This document shows positions 39,885-51,018 of a stretch of 64,000 bases of DNA, in pieces. Below the pieces are notes generated by a model, which did not search any database, was not told the origin of the DNA, and was given only the letters and a program-made list of their open reading frames with translations. Source of the DNA: Octopus sinensis (lineage: Eukaryota); the NCBI RefSeq assembly GCF_006345805.1, contig NC_042997.1:115878001-115942000 (forward strand), read 5' to 3'. The position numbers and the translations under genes were made by a program. Numbering within the stretch: the first letter of the stretch is position 1; every line of letters starts with the position of its first letter.

Positions 39885-40732
39885 TTTGTTAGCATCAGAT
39901 GTGGTGTGCAAGAGAGACGATTTCGCTGGTATGGTCATGTGCTGCGTATGGATGAGGAGAGCTGTGTGAAGAAGTGTCACTCCCTAACAATGGAAGGAAA
40001 CCGTGGAAGAGGGAGACCCAGGGAGACATGAGATGAGGTGGTGAAGCATGACCTTCGAACGTTGGGCGTCAAAGAGGCAATGACAAGAGATCGAGACCTC
40101 TGGAGGTATGCTGTGACTGAGAAGACCCGGCAAGTAAAGTGAGATCACAGCCGTAGCCTATACCAGTGTCGCATAATCAGCCCATTTAAATAGTACCTTT
40201 GAATCGTCGGGCGACATGCCATGCTTGAGGAGACCTAATAAGTCAAGTAAAATCTAATATTTAAAATCAAAATCACAATAAAAAATGGAAATTATAGTTT
40301 TAGCTGATGCTAGTGCCGCCTAACTGGCTCCTCGTGCCGGTGGCACGTAAAAAACTATCACCCGAACGTGGTCGATGCCAGCCTCCCCACCCTGGCTGGC
40401 TCCTGTGCCAGTGACACGTTAAAAACACCATCCGAACGTGGACGTTGCCAGTGCCGCCTAACTGGCTCCCGTGCAGGTAGTACGTAAAAAGCACCCACTA
40501 CACTCTCAGTGTGCTTGGCGTTAGGAAGGACATCCAGCTGTAGAAACATTGCCAGATCACATTGGACCCTGGTGCTGCCTCCTGGCTTGGCAGTCTCCAG
40601 TCAAACTTGAAAACAGCACTAACTTAGAAGAAATTTATTATCTAAATGAAGTATATTTAGAAAGTTTGGTTGATCTTTCTACCAACCCATGCCAGCATGG
40701 AAAACGGACGTTAAACGATGATGATGATGATA
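39885..40732 (+). mobile_element. RTE-clade LINE 3' end with long 3' UTR and (GAT)n tail
   Basis: About 39890-40140 translates as RCGVQERRFRWYGHVLRMDEESCVKKC..GRGRPRET*DEVVKHDL..DRDLWRYAV. The UTR has internal ~70-bp repeats and ends ggacgttaaacgatgatgatg. Confidence 0.85.
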
Positions 40733-40741
40733 ATGAAGAAG

Positions 40742-40785
<44 letters not shown>

Positions 40786-40804
40786 TATTATTATTATTAT
40801 CATC

Positions 40805-40842
<38 letters not shown>

Positions 40843-41377
40843 TTCGTGATTAAATTTCTTCAGAAATAACATACTGTCTATATTTTAAACCAATTTCCAA
40901 AATAATCCAGAATTTGATAGGATTTATTTATGCATTGAGCTTATGTTGGTAACATAACTTATAAAAGCTTCCTTACAATGCGTTAATGTCCGATTTTGTG
41001 TGTACGAGTAGGCGTGGAAAGTTAACATAGTCAGAAATGAATGACTGATATTTAATTACTCGGAGACGCAAACCGAACGTAATAAATAATAGTTAAGCGA
41101 GTCTAGACATAATTTATATGCTAACTTGTTCACGCCTACCAGTATACTATATTGTACACCTACTTAGAGATTCTTTCATCACTACTTTAGTAATGATGTG
41201 ACGGCTGTGCTTTACTGAGGAGGTTTTATAACACTGGAACATGTCCGGCGTTGTCTCCAATACTTATCGAAATGATTAAACTATTAGTCATTGAACATTG
41301 CTGAGGAGATTTAATAGCACTGAAACATGTCTAGAATTGTCTTCAATATTTGTCAAAGTGATTAAAATATTAACCAT

Positions 41378-41585
41378 CAGCATCGTTTAACGTTCGTGCT
41401 CCATGCTGACATGGGTTGGATGGTTTGACAGGAGCTGGTAGGGCTGGGGACCACACCAGGTTCCAGTTGTCTGTTTTGGCATGGTTTCTATTGCTGGATG
41501 CCCTTCCTAATGCCAACCACTTACAGAGTGTATTCGGTGAATTTTATGCGACACCAGTACAGGTGCTCTTTTATGTTGCATCAGC
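41378..41585 (-). mobile_element. RTE 3'-UTR fragment, same family as 39885-40732 (another at about 39046-39118, -)
   Basis: Reverse complement of caacccatgccagcatgga..gacgttaaacgatg and ttggcattaggaagggcatccag. Confidence 0.7.
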
Positions 41586-41902
41586 ACTAGCGGGAGTCGC
41601 CAAATAGCTTGCATGTCAAAGACCTCTCGACTGAGAGAGGGAGTGGAACCAAGAGAAGTGTCCCTCTCTTATGGTAGACGAACAAAAAAGATAGACACAG
41701 TCTTATCTCATCCTCCTCGCTTCAGTTTTTCAAATTAGATATTCCATGATCCTTTATTAAAAATAGAAAGACCAACCAAACATTATAAATATACTTCATT
41801 TAGATAATAAAATCATTCTAAGTTAGTGCTATTTAGAAGTAACATTACAATATATCATTTTCCATGCTTCACTACATACGTTAATATAAAGCCTTTAACG
41901 GA

Positions 41903-42200
41903 TGCAGGCGTTGCTGCGTGGTAAACAGTTTGCTTCCTAACCACATGGTTCAAGGTTCAATCTCGCTGCCCGGCACCTTGGGCAAATGTCTTCTACTATA
42001 GCCTCGGCCCGACCAAACCCTTATAAGTGGATTTAGCTGACGGAAACTGAAAGAATCCTATCGTGTGTGTGTACGCGCGTGTTTGTTCTCCCACACAATC
42101 GCTTGATAATCGTTGTTGGTATGTTTGTTTCCGTCCCCGTAGCTTAGCGGGTCAGCCAAATGAGACCGATGGAATAAGTACTAGGCTTACAAGGGGGTGG
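41903..42200 (+). mobile_element. SINE C immediately upstream of the T-box exon acceptor
   Basis: Family head, body and tail, ending about 125 bp before the acceptor. Confidence 0.85.
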
Positions 42201-42325
42201 GGAGTAATTCACACGCAGCAGCGTTCTTCTAGGTTTGTATTTTAATTGGAGGATTAAGTATCAATTCTGATTGGTTAAAGTTCTGATGTTCTCTAAGAAT
42301 TTCTTTTTTATTTATATCTTTGCAG

Positions 42326-42671
42326 CTTGCTTAATCAATGCTGGAACTACACGGCCATTTTACGATCCTCCTCGGTTAGACACGTCCCAACTGTCTCAGT
42401 CAGATGTAGGAGGTGGTGGTGGTCATTTGGAATCGGTTGATATCGACGGCAAGTCTTCAACAGCTGGATCTCCTGCAACAAGCGGTCAAAATGACTGCAG
42501 TAAACTTGGAAATGCCCAAGAAGCGCCGCCTACACCAAACGGGACACAGGAAACTATTAAAAAACCTTTACATTCGACATTGTGTAATGTTACCGTACAA
42601 CTGGAGTCTAAAGGCTTATGGGATCAGTTTGATAAACTTTGTACAGAAATGATCGTTACGAAAGCAGGAAG
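42326..42671 (+). CDS. Tbx1: Internal exon of a T-box transcription factor gene, Tbx1/10-like (N-terminal region plus start of the T-box domain)
   Basis: Open frame ending ...[31 protein letters not shown], close to TBX1 [28 protein letters not shown]. Pyrimidine-rich acceptor ttctttttta..tttgcag ends at 42325 (phase 1). Donor AG|gtaagt at 42672 is the conserved T-box phase-2 intron in GR|RMFP. T-box identity is secure; the subfamily call rests on about 30 aa. Confidence 0.88.
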
Positions 42672-42675
42672 GTAA

Positions 42676-42925
42676 GTGACACAGACACACACATACACAC
42701 ACACACACTCACAGATATGCACCACTCACACACAGAGATAAACACCACACACATACACCACACACACATACACACTCACACACACATGGATAAGCACCAT
42801 ACACACACACACTCTCTCAGATACGCACCACACACATGCACACTCACACACACGCACACTCACACACGCACACTCACACGCATAGATATGCACCACACGC
42901 ACACTAACACACGCATAGATATACA

Positions 42926-42964
<39 letters not shown>

Positions 42965-43046
42965 CACCACACACACACACACACATAGAAACTGCACACA
43001 CACTCGCACACACAGATAAGGACCACACACACACTCTCTCTTTTCG

Positions 43047-43078
<32 letters not shown>

Positions 43079-43085
43079 ACTCGTA
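42676..43085. repeat. Degenerate (CA)n array at the start of the T-box intron
   Basis: Directly visible. Similar (CA/TG)n and (TA)n arrays occur throughout, e.g. 1823-2160, 3300-3535, 27110-27840, 31340-31625, 61330-61650. Confidence 0.95.
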
Positions 43086-43241
43086 CGGACATGCGCATGC
43101 GCACGCATTTTAATGACTTAGAAATAAATCTGTCGATAATGGAATTTCCTTTTACTGTATTTCACTGGTGATAGCGACGATGATGATGATGATGAGGAGG
43201 AGGACAACGACGATGAGGATGGTTAATATGATGACGGTGAT

Positions 43242-43638
43242 AAGGCGGCGAGCTGGCAGAAACATTAGCACGTCGGGCGAAATGCTCAGCGGTATTTCGT
43301 CTGTCTTTATGTTCTGAGTTCAAATTCCGCCCAGGTCGACTTTGCTTTTCATCCTTTCGGGTCGATTAAATAAGTACCAGTTATGCACTGGGGTCGATAT
43401 AGTCGACTTAATTCGTTTCTCTGTCTTTGTTTGTCCCCTCTGTGTGTAGCCCCTTGTGGATAGTAAAGAAATAGGTATTTCGTGTGTCTTTACATTCTGA
43501 GTTCAAATTCCGCCGAGGTCGACTTAGCCTTTCATCCTTTCGGGGGCGATAAATTAAGTACCAGTTGTATACTGGAGTCGATCTAATCGACTGTCCCCTC
43601 CCCCAAAATTTCGGGCTTTGTGCCTAGAGTAGAAAAGA
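43242..43638 (+). mobile_element. SINE A composite (dimer)
   Basis: Head, core, linker, second B box with core, and tail. Confidence 0.9.
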
Positions 43639-44528
43639 ATATGATGACGGTGATGATGAGCATGATAATGATGATGATGGTGATGATGATGATGATGATG
43701 ATGACGATGATGGCTATGATGGTGAAGATGATCTCTGACTATTGCTATCTTGAAGCTGTGAAAATATGATTCGGATGAGTATTAGAAAATTCTAATTGAA
43801 GTTTATTAAAATTGATTAAATCAAGATTAATGTTCTCGTATAAATTTATTAATTCCATTTAATTTAATTGCTAACGGATCAATTTCTCGTAATTTTCTTT
43901 GCAATATGGTTTCAATGACAATTGACAAAAAAAAAGGGAGAAGAAAGTCACATGTCAGAATTTGATCGTCATTGTCGTCACCGCTGTTGTCGTCCTCACC
44001 CAGAATCCATCGCGGTGGCCGTCGTGGCCGTCGTCAGCATTCACGATCGAGTATGAAGAGTTCATGACGCCCATATAGTCATGAACAGACGCAGATACTG
44101 TCTCGGCCTTGGCAGCCTTGACTCACTGGTGGGTGCAGGCAGGGATCTGGCATTTGACAGTAGCGCAGAGGGAGACGGTTTTACCGTCCAGAGTAGTAGG
44201 GAGCTGCATGAGGTGGAACGTCTTGCGCAAAGAAGGGGTTAAGGTGTGCCCTCGCGGTGTTGCAATCGTGGCTTTCACTCCTCGACCGAGCAGTGAGTTG
44301 TATTCTTGAGTAAAGCGTTTCATGTCACACAACTCCAGTCCACTCAGCTGCACGCGAGTAACCTTCAGACGGATTGGCGTCCCGTTCAGGGAGAATGTTG
44401 TGATCTCGGGTCATTTATACGCCATAGAAACCTTGTAACCAGCTATATGAGCCTTAGGACTCATGATGATGATGATGATGATAATGATGATGGTGATTAT
44501 TATTATTATTATTATTATTATAATTATA

Positions 44529-44574
<46 letters not shown>

Positions 44575-44763
44575 TATTATTATTATAGTAGACGTTGCAC
44601 AGTATCCAATATCGTGAGGTTGTTGATTGAAGATATTGTATCTACCGGGGTGGGGTGGGGTGGGGGTTTGTACTGTCTGTTAAGTCACAACAAGGACCTC
44701 AGACAGACTGTACTTTACGCAATATGCGTTCAGTTCCAATGCCGACTTTTGCAACACATCTAG

Positions 44764-44945
44764 ATTCTTCTTCTTCTTCTTCTTCTTCTTCTTCTTCTTC
44801 TTCTTCTTCTTCTTCTTCTTCTCCTCCTCCTCCTCCTCCTCCTCCTCCCCCTCCTCACCACGACCACGACGACGACGACCACCACCATCATCATCATCAT
44901 CATCATCATCATCTCATCATCAGTATTATTATTATTATTATTAGA
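44764..44945. repeat. Compound trinucleotide array (TCT)n(CCT)n(GAC/CAC/CAT)n(TAT)n
   Basis: Directly visible. Confidence 0.95.
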
Positions 44946-45746
44946 CCTAAAACGCTGCTTGGTCCAGAAATCGAAACGACGGCATTTCTAACCACTTGGC
45001 TTATCGCCCCTTCTTCACATGACCGCATCAATCATGAGACGCGTATAATAAACAAAACTGTGCATTTTGCTGTATCAGGAAGACATTATTATAATCGCTG
45101 TAACGAACTATTTTTTCCTCCGATTTCGCTTAAGTTGGCGATTTGTGAGTCGATTCAAGAACGAGGCAAAAACACAACAAACATGGCGTCTGTTGTTTTT
45201 CTTTTTAGTGCATCGTTGTTTCTTTGTGTTTTGCATTAAACTTTTTTCTTTTACAGCTCAAGAGATTATATAACATGTAAAATAATAATAATAGCAAATG
45301 CCAGTGGTGAGACTGTTGACTCTAGTCAATAGTCAGGCTCCTTCTCTCTCTCTCTCTCGCCTTCGTGATAACTAGATATGAGTAATTAATGGCGATTTTT
45401 TTTTCTCCCTTTCTAAGTTGTCTCAGAGCAATGAACACATATCACGTACTGTGTGTCACTTAGCTTGAAAATGAGGATAAGAAGAAATGATAAATGAAAA
45501 GTGACGGGAAGCTAACAAGAAGAAGATAAAGGGTGAAAAAAATCACATGGCATTTAAGAAACAACAGCAATAACACCAGCAGTTGTAATAGTAGCAGCAG
45601 CAGCATTAGTAGTAATAGCATAGTTTTCAAACTTTTTGTGACTGATTTTGCTTACATCTACATTCAGATATTTATAGTTGTTGTTGAACTGAGGGAGACC
45701 TCACCTTGTAGAAATTAGTGTTATTATTATTTATTATTATTATTAC

Positions 45747-45791
<45 letters not shown>

Positions 45792-45834
45792 TAATATCAT
45801 TATTATTATTATTATTGTTGTTGTTGTTGTTGTT

Positions 45835-46021
45835 GTGTGGCAAGTAGCTTGCTTACGAACCACATGGTTCCGGGTTCAGTCCCACTGCGTAGCACCTTGG
45901 GCAAGTGTCTTCTACTATAGCCTTGGACAGACCAAAGCCTTGTGAGAGGATTTGGTAGACGGAAACTGAAAGAAGCCCGTCGTATATATGTATGTATATT
46001 ATATATATATATATATAATAT

Positions 46022-46053
<32 letters not shown>

Positions 46054-46286
46054 CATATATATACACACATACATATATATATATGTGTGTGTGTGTGTGT
46101 TTGTGTGTCAATGTTTGTCATCAAAACATCGCTTGACAACCGACGCTGGTGTGTTTACTTCCCGGTAAATTAGCGGTTCGGCAAAAGAGACCGATAGAAT
46201 AAGTACTAGGCGTACAAAGAATAAGTCCTGGGGGCGATTTACTCGACTAATGGCTACAGTCAAATGACTGAAACAAGTAAAAAGAG
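45835..46286 (+). mobile_element. SINE C, full length
   Basis: Family consensus with internal (TA)n(TG)n. Confidence 0.9.
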
Positions 46287-46289
46287 CTG

Positions 46290-46427
46290 GGTTCTAAGTT
46301 CAAATTCTACCGAAGTCGATTTTGTCTTTCGTCCTTTCGGGGCCGATAAACTAAGTACCAGTGAGTCAATGTAATCGACTAATCTTCTCACCACCAAATT
46401 TCAGGCCTTATACCTATAATAGAGAGG

Positions 46428-46478
<51 letters not shown>

Positions 46479-46769
46479 TAGTTGTTGTTGTTATTTCACT
46501 GCTACTTAATTTATCGACCCCGAAAGGATGAAAGGCAAAGTCGACCTATTTCTTTACTACCCACAAGGGGCTAATCACAGAGCGGACAAACAAAGACAGA
46601 CAAACGGATTAAGTCGATTACATCGACCCCAGTGCGTAACTGGTACTTAATTTATCGATGAAAGGCAAAGTCGACCTTGGTGGAATTTGAACACAGAGCG
46701 TAACGACAGATGAACTACCGCTAAGCATGTCGCCCGGCGTGCTAACGATTCGGCCAGTTCGCCGCCTTA
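46290..46769. mobile_element. SINE A fragment (+ 46290-46430) and composite copy (- 46500-46769)
   Basis: Family core sequence; head tcgccgcctt at about 46760. Confidence 0.82.
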
Positions 46770-47469
46770 ATAATGATGCTGTTGTTGATGATGATGATGA
46801 TCATGATGATGATGATGACGACGATGACGGCGATAATAATAATGATAATAGCTTTGTTTATTATAACAAAAATATTCAGAACAAAAAGACAGCCTACCTT
46901 TCTTTATCCATATTTGTTCATGTGTTTTCAAATTAATTCAACGTTATTGAATATTAAAAAGAACATCTAACGTATGACTAATTACATCAGAAGTTTTCTA
47001 AAGACCTGATAGAAATATTTTAACTTCACATTACTTTTAGATTATTACTAATTAATCTATTCTTAATTACTATATCATAATATCACTTTTAACACCCTGA
47101 AATCTTATATCTATTCCATTCTTAACATTATTAACCCACGCGTGTTAGTTTCATTTTACATACCAGGCTTTCACGACACTTTCTTTCAACGACAAGTTTA
47201 TTAAACCCATCCGATTACAATTCTCAGCGTCCTTCGGTCTCTACATTAATATTTAGGCATTATTCAACTGCTACATATCTGCACTAATGATTGAGAACCC
47301 TGCTACCTCCCAGTCGAAATCTTGGCTACACCTATCATATCTATAGCAAACTATTTAGTGCGGTACCAATACAAAATACAAAATGGATTACTAATAGATT
47401 ATTATACACTCTTGACATTTACAATTATTGCTTTGAACTTTAACCTAACAAGGGTCAAGCTTTGGGAGA

Positions 47470-47520
47470 GAATCGAACTTACTGGTTTCATTGTTTATTT
47501 AGCAATTTCATCAGAATCCA
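47470..47520 (-). ncRNA. Predicted minimal type-I hammerhead ribozyme
   Basis: uggauu CUGAUGA a auug-cuaaauaaa-caau GAAA ccag UA| aguucg: 4-bp stem II and 6-bp stem I with G-U pairs. Confidence 0.55.
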
Positions 47521-48449
47521 TCATCTCTTACTCCTCCAGGTGTCCACCTTCTCCTACTCTCACCCTCTAAACCACGGGTAATTAAGGACTGGCCCATTTA
47601 CATAACTGGTACGAGACTTAACAACCAGACAATAATTACTGCTCGTGCCAGTTCTCCATGGTTGAACTGGGTTCGCCTTTAAGCAAAACATGCACATGTT
47701 TAGGGCGCCAAAGGAAAAGGAATTCTGTTTCCTGTGCTGCATTTATCAAAGTGCATTGCAAATGTTCCACCTGGGTTAGGGACCATATCGAAAGAGAGGA
47801 ACATTAAGAAGCAAACTAGAAATAATTATGGATTGAAGAATAAACTACGTTGATCTATGACTGGCTTCGTTTGTATTTTTCTCGTAAGTAGGGGAATCAA
47901 TTAGAGACATGTTTCCTTGTTGTCTTATTCTGACCTCGACATTGACGCATGGCCTTCTGTGTATTTGTTAATGATAAATAAATCCTTAAGTAAATGTACA
48001 ACATTGTTAAATTGAAATTAATCGTTTTTAACAGTGGAACTCCAAGTAGATAAACCTACAGATACAATTCTTTCTTCAAAAGCCACAAGGCCTGAAATTT
48101 GGTGGTGGTGTGGGGATAAGTCGGTTACATCGATCCCAGTGCATCGACTCTGAAATGATGAAAGTCAAAGTCGACCTCGGTGGAATTTGAATGCAGAACG
48201 TTAATGAGCTAAGAATTTTGTCTGGTGTGCAAAGATTCTTCAAGCTCGTCACCTTGGAGATAAAGCTATGAACAATACCAAGTAGAATACTGGGCTAAAA
48301 AAAACCTTGGATGGAAAAGCAGCCTTTCCCCTTTTTTCTATCCAACACAGGCATGCGCGCGCACACATGTGTAAATATTAAACCAATACATTTTGCATTT
48401 TTTCAAAGGTGTCCCTTCTGTGCTGTCTTTTTTTTTTTGTTCTCATTGC

Positions 48450-49051
48450 CTGTGTCAGTGAAAGTGAGAGACAGGAACTCGCTGAAGGTAGTTGAAAATT
48501 TCAAATACCTTGGTGCGTGAACACAAAGTAGTGAAAAGACATCGTAGCAAGGAAAACTCATGCCTGGAGTGCATGTCATAAATTGAGAAAAGGTTTGGAG
48601 TTCAAAGTTAGCAAGGAAATTGAAAGTGAGGCTGTTTCTGGCAACAATGGAGTCTGTTCTTCTATACGGGGCTGAAATATGGACGCTCACTAAAGCATTG
48701 AAGAAGCAGTTGGACGGTTGTTATACAAGGATGCTTAGAATGGCACTCAGTGTCTCTTGGAAGAGTCATACAACAAACGTCGACTTGTACCAGGGACTAC
48801 ATTGAAGATACAGCATAGAAGGATGAGGCTAGCTGGACACTGCATCGGACATACTGTTGAAACTGCTAACAAGCTAGGGCTCTGGAAGCTAACGGAAAAA
48901 AGAACCAAGAGAGGAATTTGGAAGACAACCTATATCGACAACTTGCTGGAGGAAACCTGTATAGAAGGGGTACATGAGCTGAGGATCATTATGGAAGATC
49001 GAGATGAGTGAGGAAAACGTGTGAAAACAGTCTTGGGGCGTCCTGAAGGAC

Positions 49052-49130
<79 letters not shown>

Positions 49131-49132
49131 GT
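48450..49132 (+). mobile_element. 5'-truncated RTE-clade LINE 3' end with (AGAT)n tail
   Basis: VENFKYLG, RLFLATMESVLLYGAEIWTLTKALKKQLDGCYTRMLRMAL, RRMRLAGHC and MEDRDE, followed directly by (AGAT)n from 49053. Confidence 0.9.
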
Positions 49133-49944
49133 AGATGCCTTATATATGTATGAATAATTTATACATATATAAATGCACAGAGATTTAATTAAAATTTAAT
49201 TATACATTAAGATAATGCTATAGTAGAAAGCTTTAGTAGAAAACACTTGCTACGTAGTGGGACTGAAACCAAAACCTTGTGGTAGCCGTGGTAGCAAACC
49301 GAAATTCTTCAGCATACCGCCCAGGTCTACTCCTCCAACCTTTTATACAACCCAGGATGTCACACACTGTGTAACATTTACTATTTAACAACGTCGTTCT
49401 CTTTCCTAGAAGAGCTTTCTCTTCTCTTGACGAACACCACATGGAGGTACCTGATCTGGTCGACAACAGACTAACAGCGCTGGAAAGGAAAAACAAATAT
49501 GTTTATAAAACAAACATATTAATCTTAGATTGTTTTTCTTTTCTCGTCCTTTTTTTTTAATGTTGGCTTTTGTTTTTATTTTGGTAGTTAGTCAAGTAAA
49601 AAAAAAAGGAGAGAGTAAGAGTGTGGCTGGAAGGAAAGGATGAGGAGAAGGCGGAGGAGGTCATTGTTAATGAGGGGTTTATTTATTTTTTTTTTATCAT
49701 TTTAACCTCGACTTTTGACATCGCTCCATCACCAGTGAAGAAAAAGAGAAAAGAACAACAACACTCTTTATAAGAAACATCAACACAACTAAAAGTACAA
49801 GTACAGCAACGCTACTGCTCCGTATCATCACACTTCCAACCACCACCACTACCACCACTACTGCCTCTACTACTCCTACTACTACTACCATTGCTACTAC
49901 TACTACTACTACAAATAATAATAATAATGAAGATGATGATGATA

Positions 49945-49981
<37 letters not shown>

Positions 49982-49989
49982 TGATTTTG

Positions 49990-50203
49990 AATTTTGGTAC
50001 AAGGCCAGCAAGTTCGGTGGTTGAGTAAAAGTCGATATTCGAGATTGATCCCCAGTGCTTAACTGGTACTTATTTTATCGATCCCGAAAGAATGAAAAAC
50101 AAAGTGTCGACCTGGGCGGAATTTGAACTCGGAACGTAAAAACGGATGAAATACGGCAAAGCATTTTCCATGGCGTGCTAACGACTCTGCTAGCTCGCCG
50201 CCT
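49990..50203 (-). mobile_element. SINE A (degenerate copies also at about 48080-48250 - and 50635-50825 +)
   Basis: Reverse complement of the family consensus. Confidence 0.85.
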
Positions 50204-50231
50204 TAATAATAATAATAATAGTAACAACAAC

Positions 50232-50269
<38 letters not shown>

Positions 50270-50271
<2 letters not shown>

Positions 50272-50560
50272 CTGAGACCCCCTTCGGTCATACTGACCAT
50301 GGGATTGCACCTAGAAAGTTACCCTCACAGGCACAAGTCCAGGCAAGGTTGTTTATGGAAGATCAGCAGTCGCCCATGCATACCGGCCTCTGCTCTCCAC
50401 ACCATCAGTGTTGTCCAAGGGACTCATTTCTACAGCTGGAGCAACGTGAAATAAAGTGTCTTGCTCAAGAACACAAACACGCAGCCCGGTCCGGGATTCG
50501 AACTCGCAACCTCACAATCGTAAGCTCGACGCTCTAACCACTGAGCCATGCGCCTTCACA
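50270..50560 (-). mobile_element. tRNA-derived SINE family D (related copies at 33995-34285 -, 24207-24460 +, 52815-53055 +, about 44230-44470 +, about 9395-9530 +)
   Basis: Head gtgaaggcgcatggctcagtggttagagc..gttcgaatcccgg, then ttgagcaagacactttatttcacgttgctccag. Confidence 0.82.
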
Positions 50561-51018
50561 TAATAATAATAATAATGATAATAATAATAATAATAAATAA
50601 CCCATGGTAATTTTTGTTCGATTATTTGTAATCTGAAGGCGGCAAGCAAGCTGACGGAATCGTTACCGTGCTGGACAAATCTTTCTGAGTCCAAATGCTG
50701 TCGTGGCTTCGACTTTCATCCGTTCGAGGTCCATAAAATAATTACCAATTGAGCACTGGGGTCGATATACTCGATTAGCCTCCTTTCCCAAATTTCAGGC
50801 CTTGTGCCAATAGTAGAAAGGATTATTTGTAAGGTGCTGTAGTTGGAGTTTCGTGGCCTCTAGACTTGCCAGACATAGCAGCCAAATCTCCCTCAAATCA
50901 TAATTTGTATTGTTTTATAAAGGAAAATGATACACTGTGTCATGTAGTTCCTCATACGCAACAAAGGTGAGATAGTCACAGATGGAACGTCTTTCTTTAC
51001 AGTTCTACTCGTTCTGGA

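Noticed and set aside
42271-42325. N-terminal part of the ORF (MVKVLMFSKNFFFIYIF) as the T-box start
   Set aside because: The start is TTG and the stretch is the polypyrimidine tract and acceptor; the coding exon begins at 42326.
44655-45239. 194-aa ORF with poly-S/P/H tracts as a transcription-factor exon
   Set aside because: Built from a compound trinucleotide array, with no convincing splice sites and no domain similarity.
45240-45312. Next T-box exon after the strong acceptor ttttttcttttacag
   Set aside because: The translation is not RMFP.. in the required phase.
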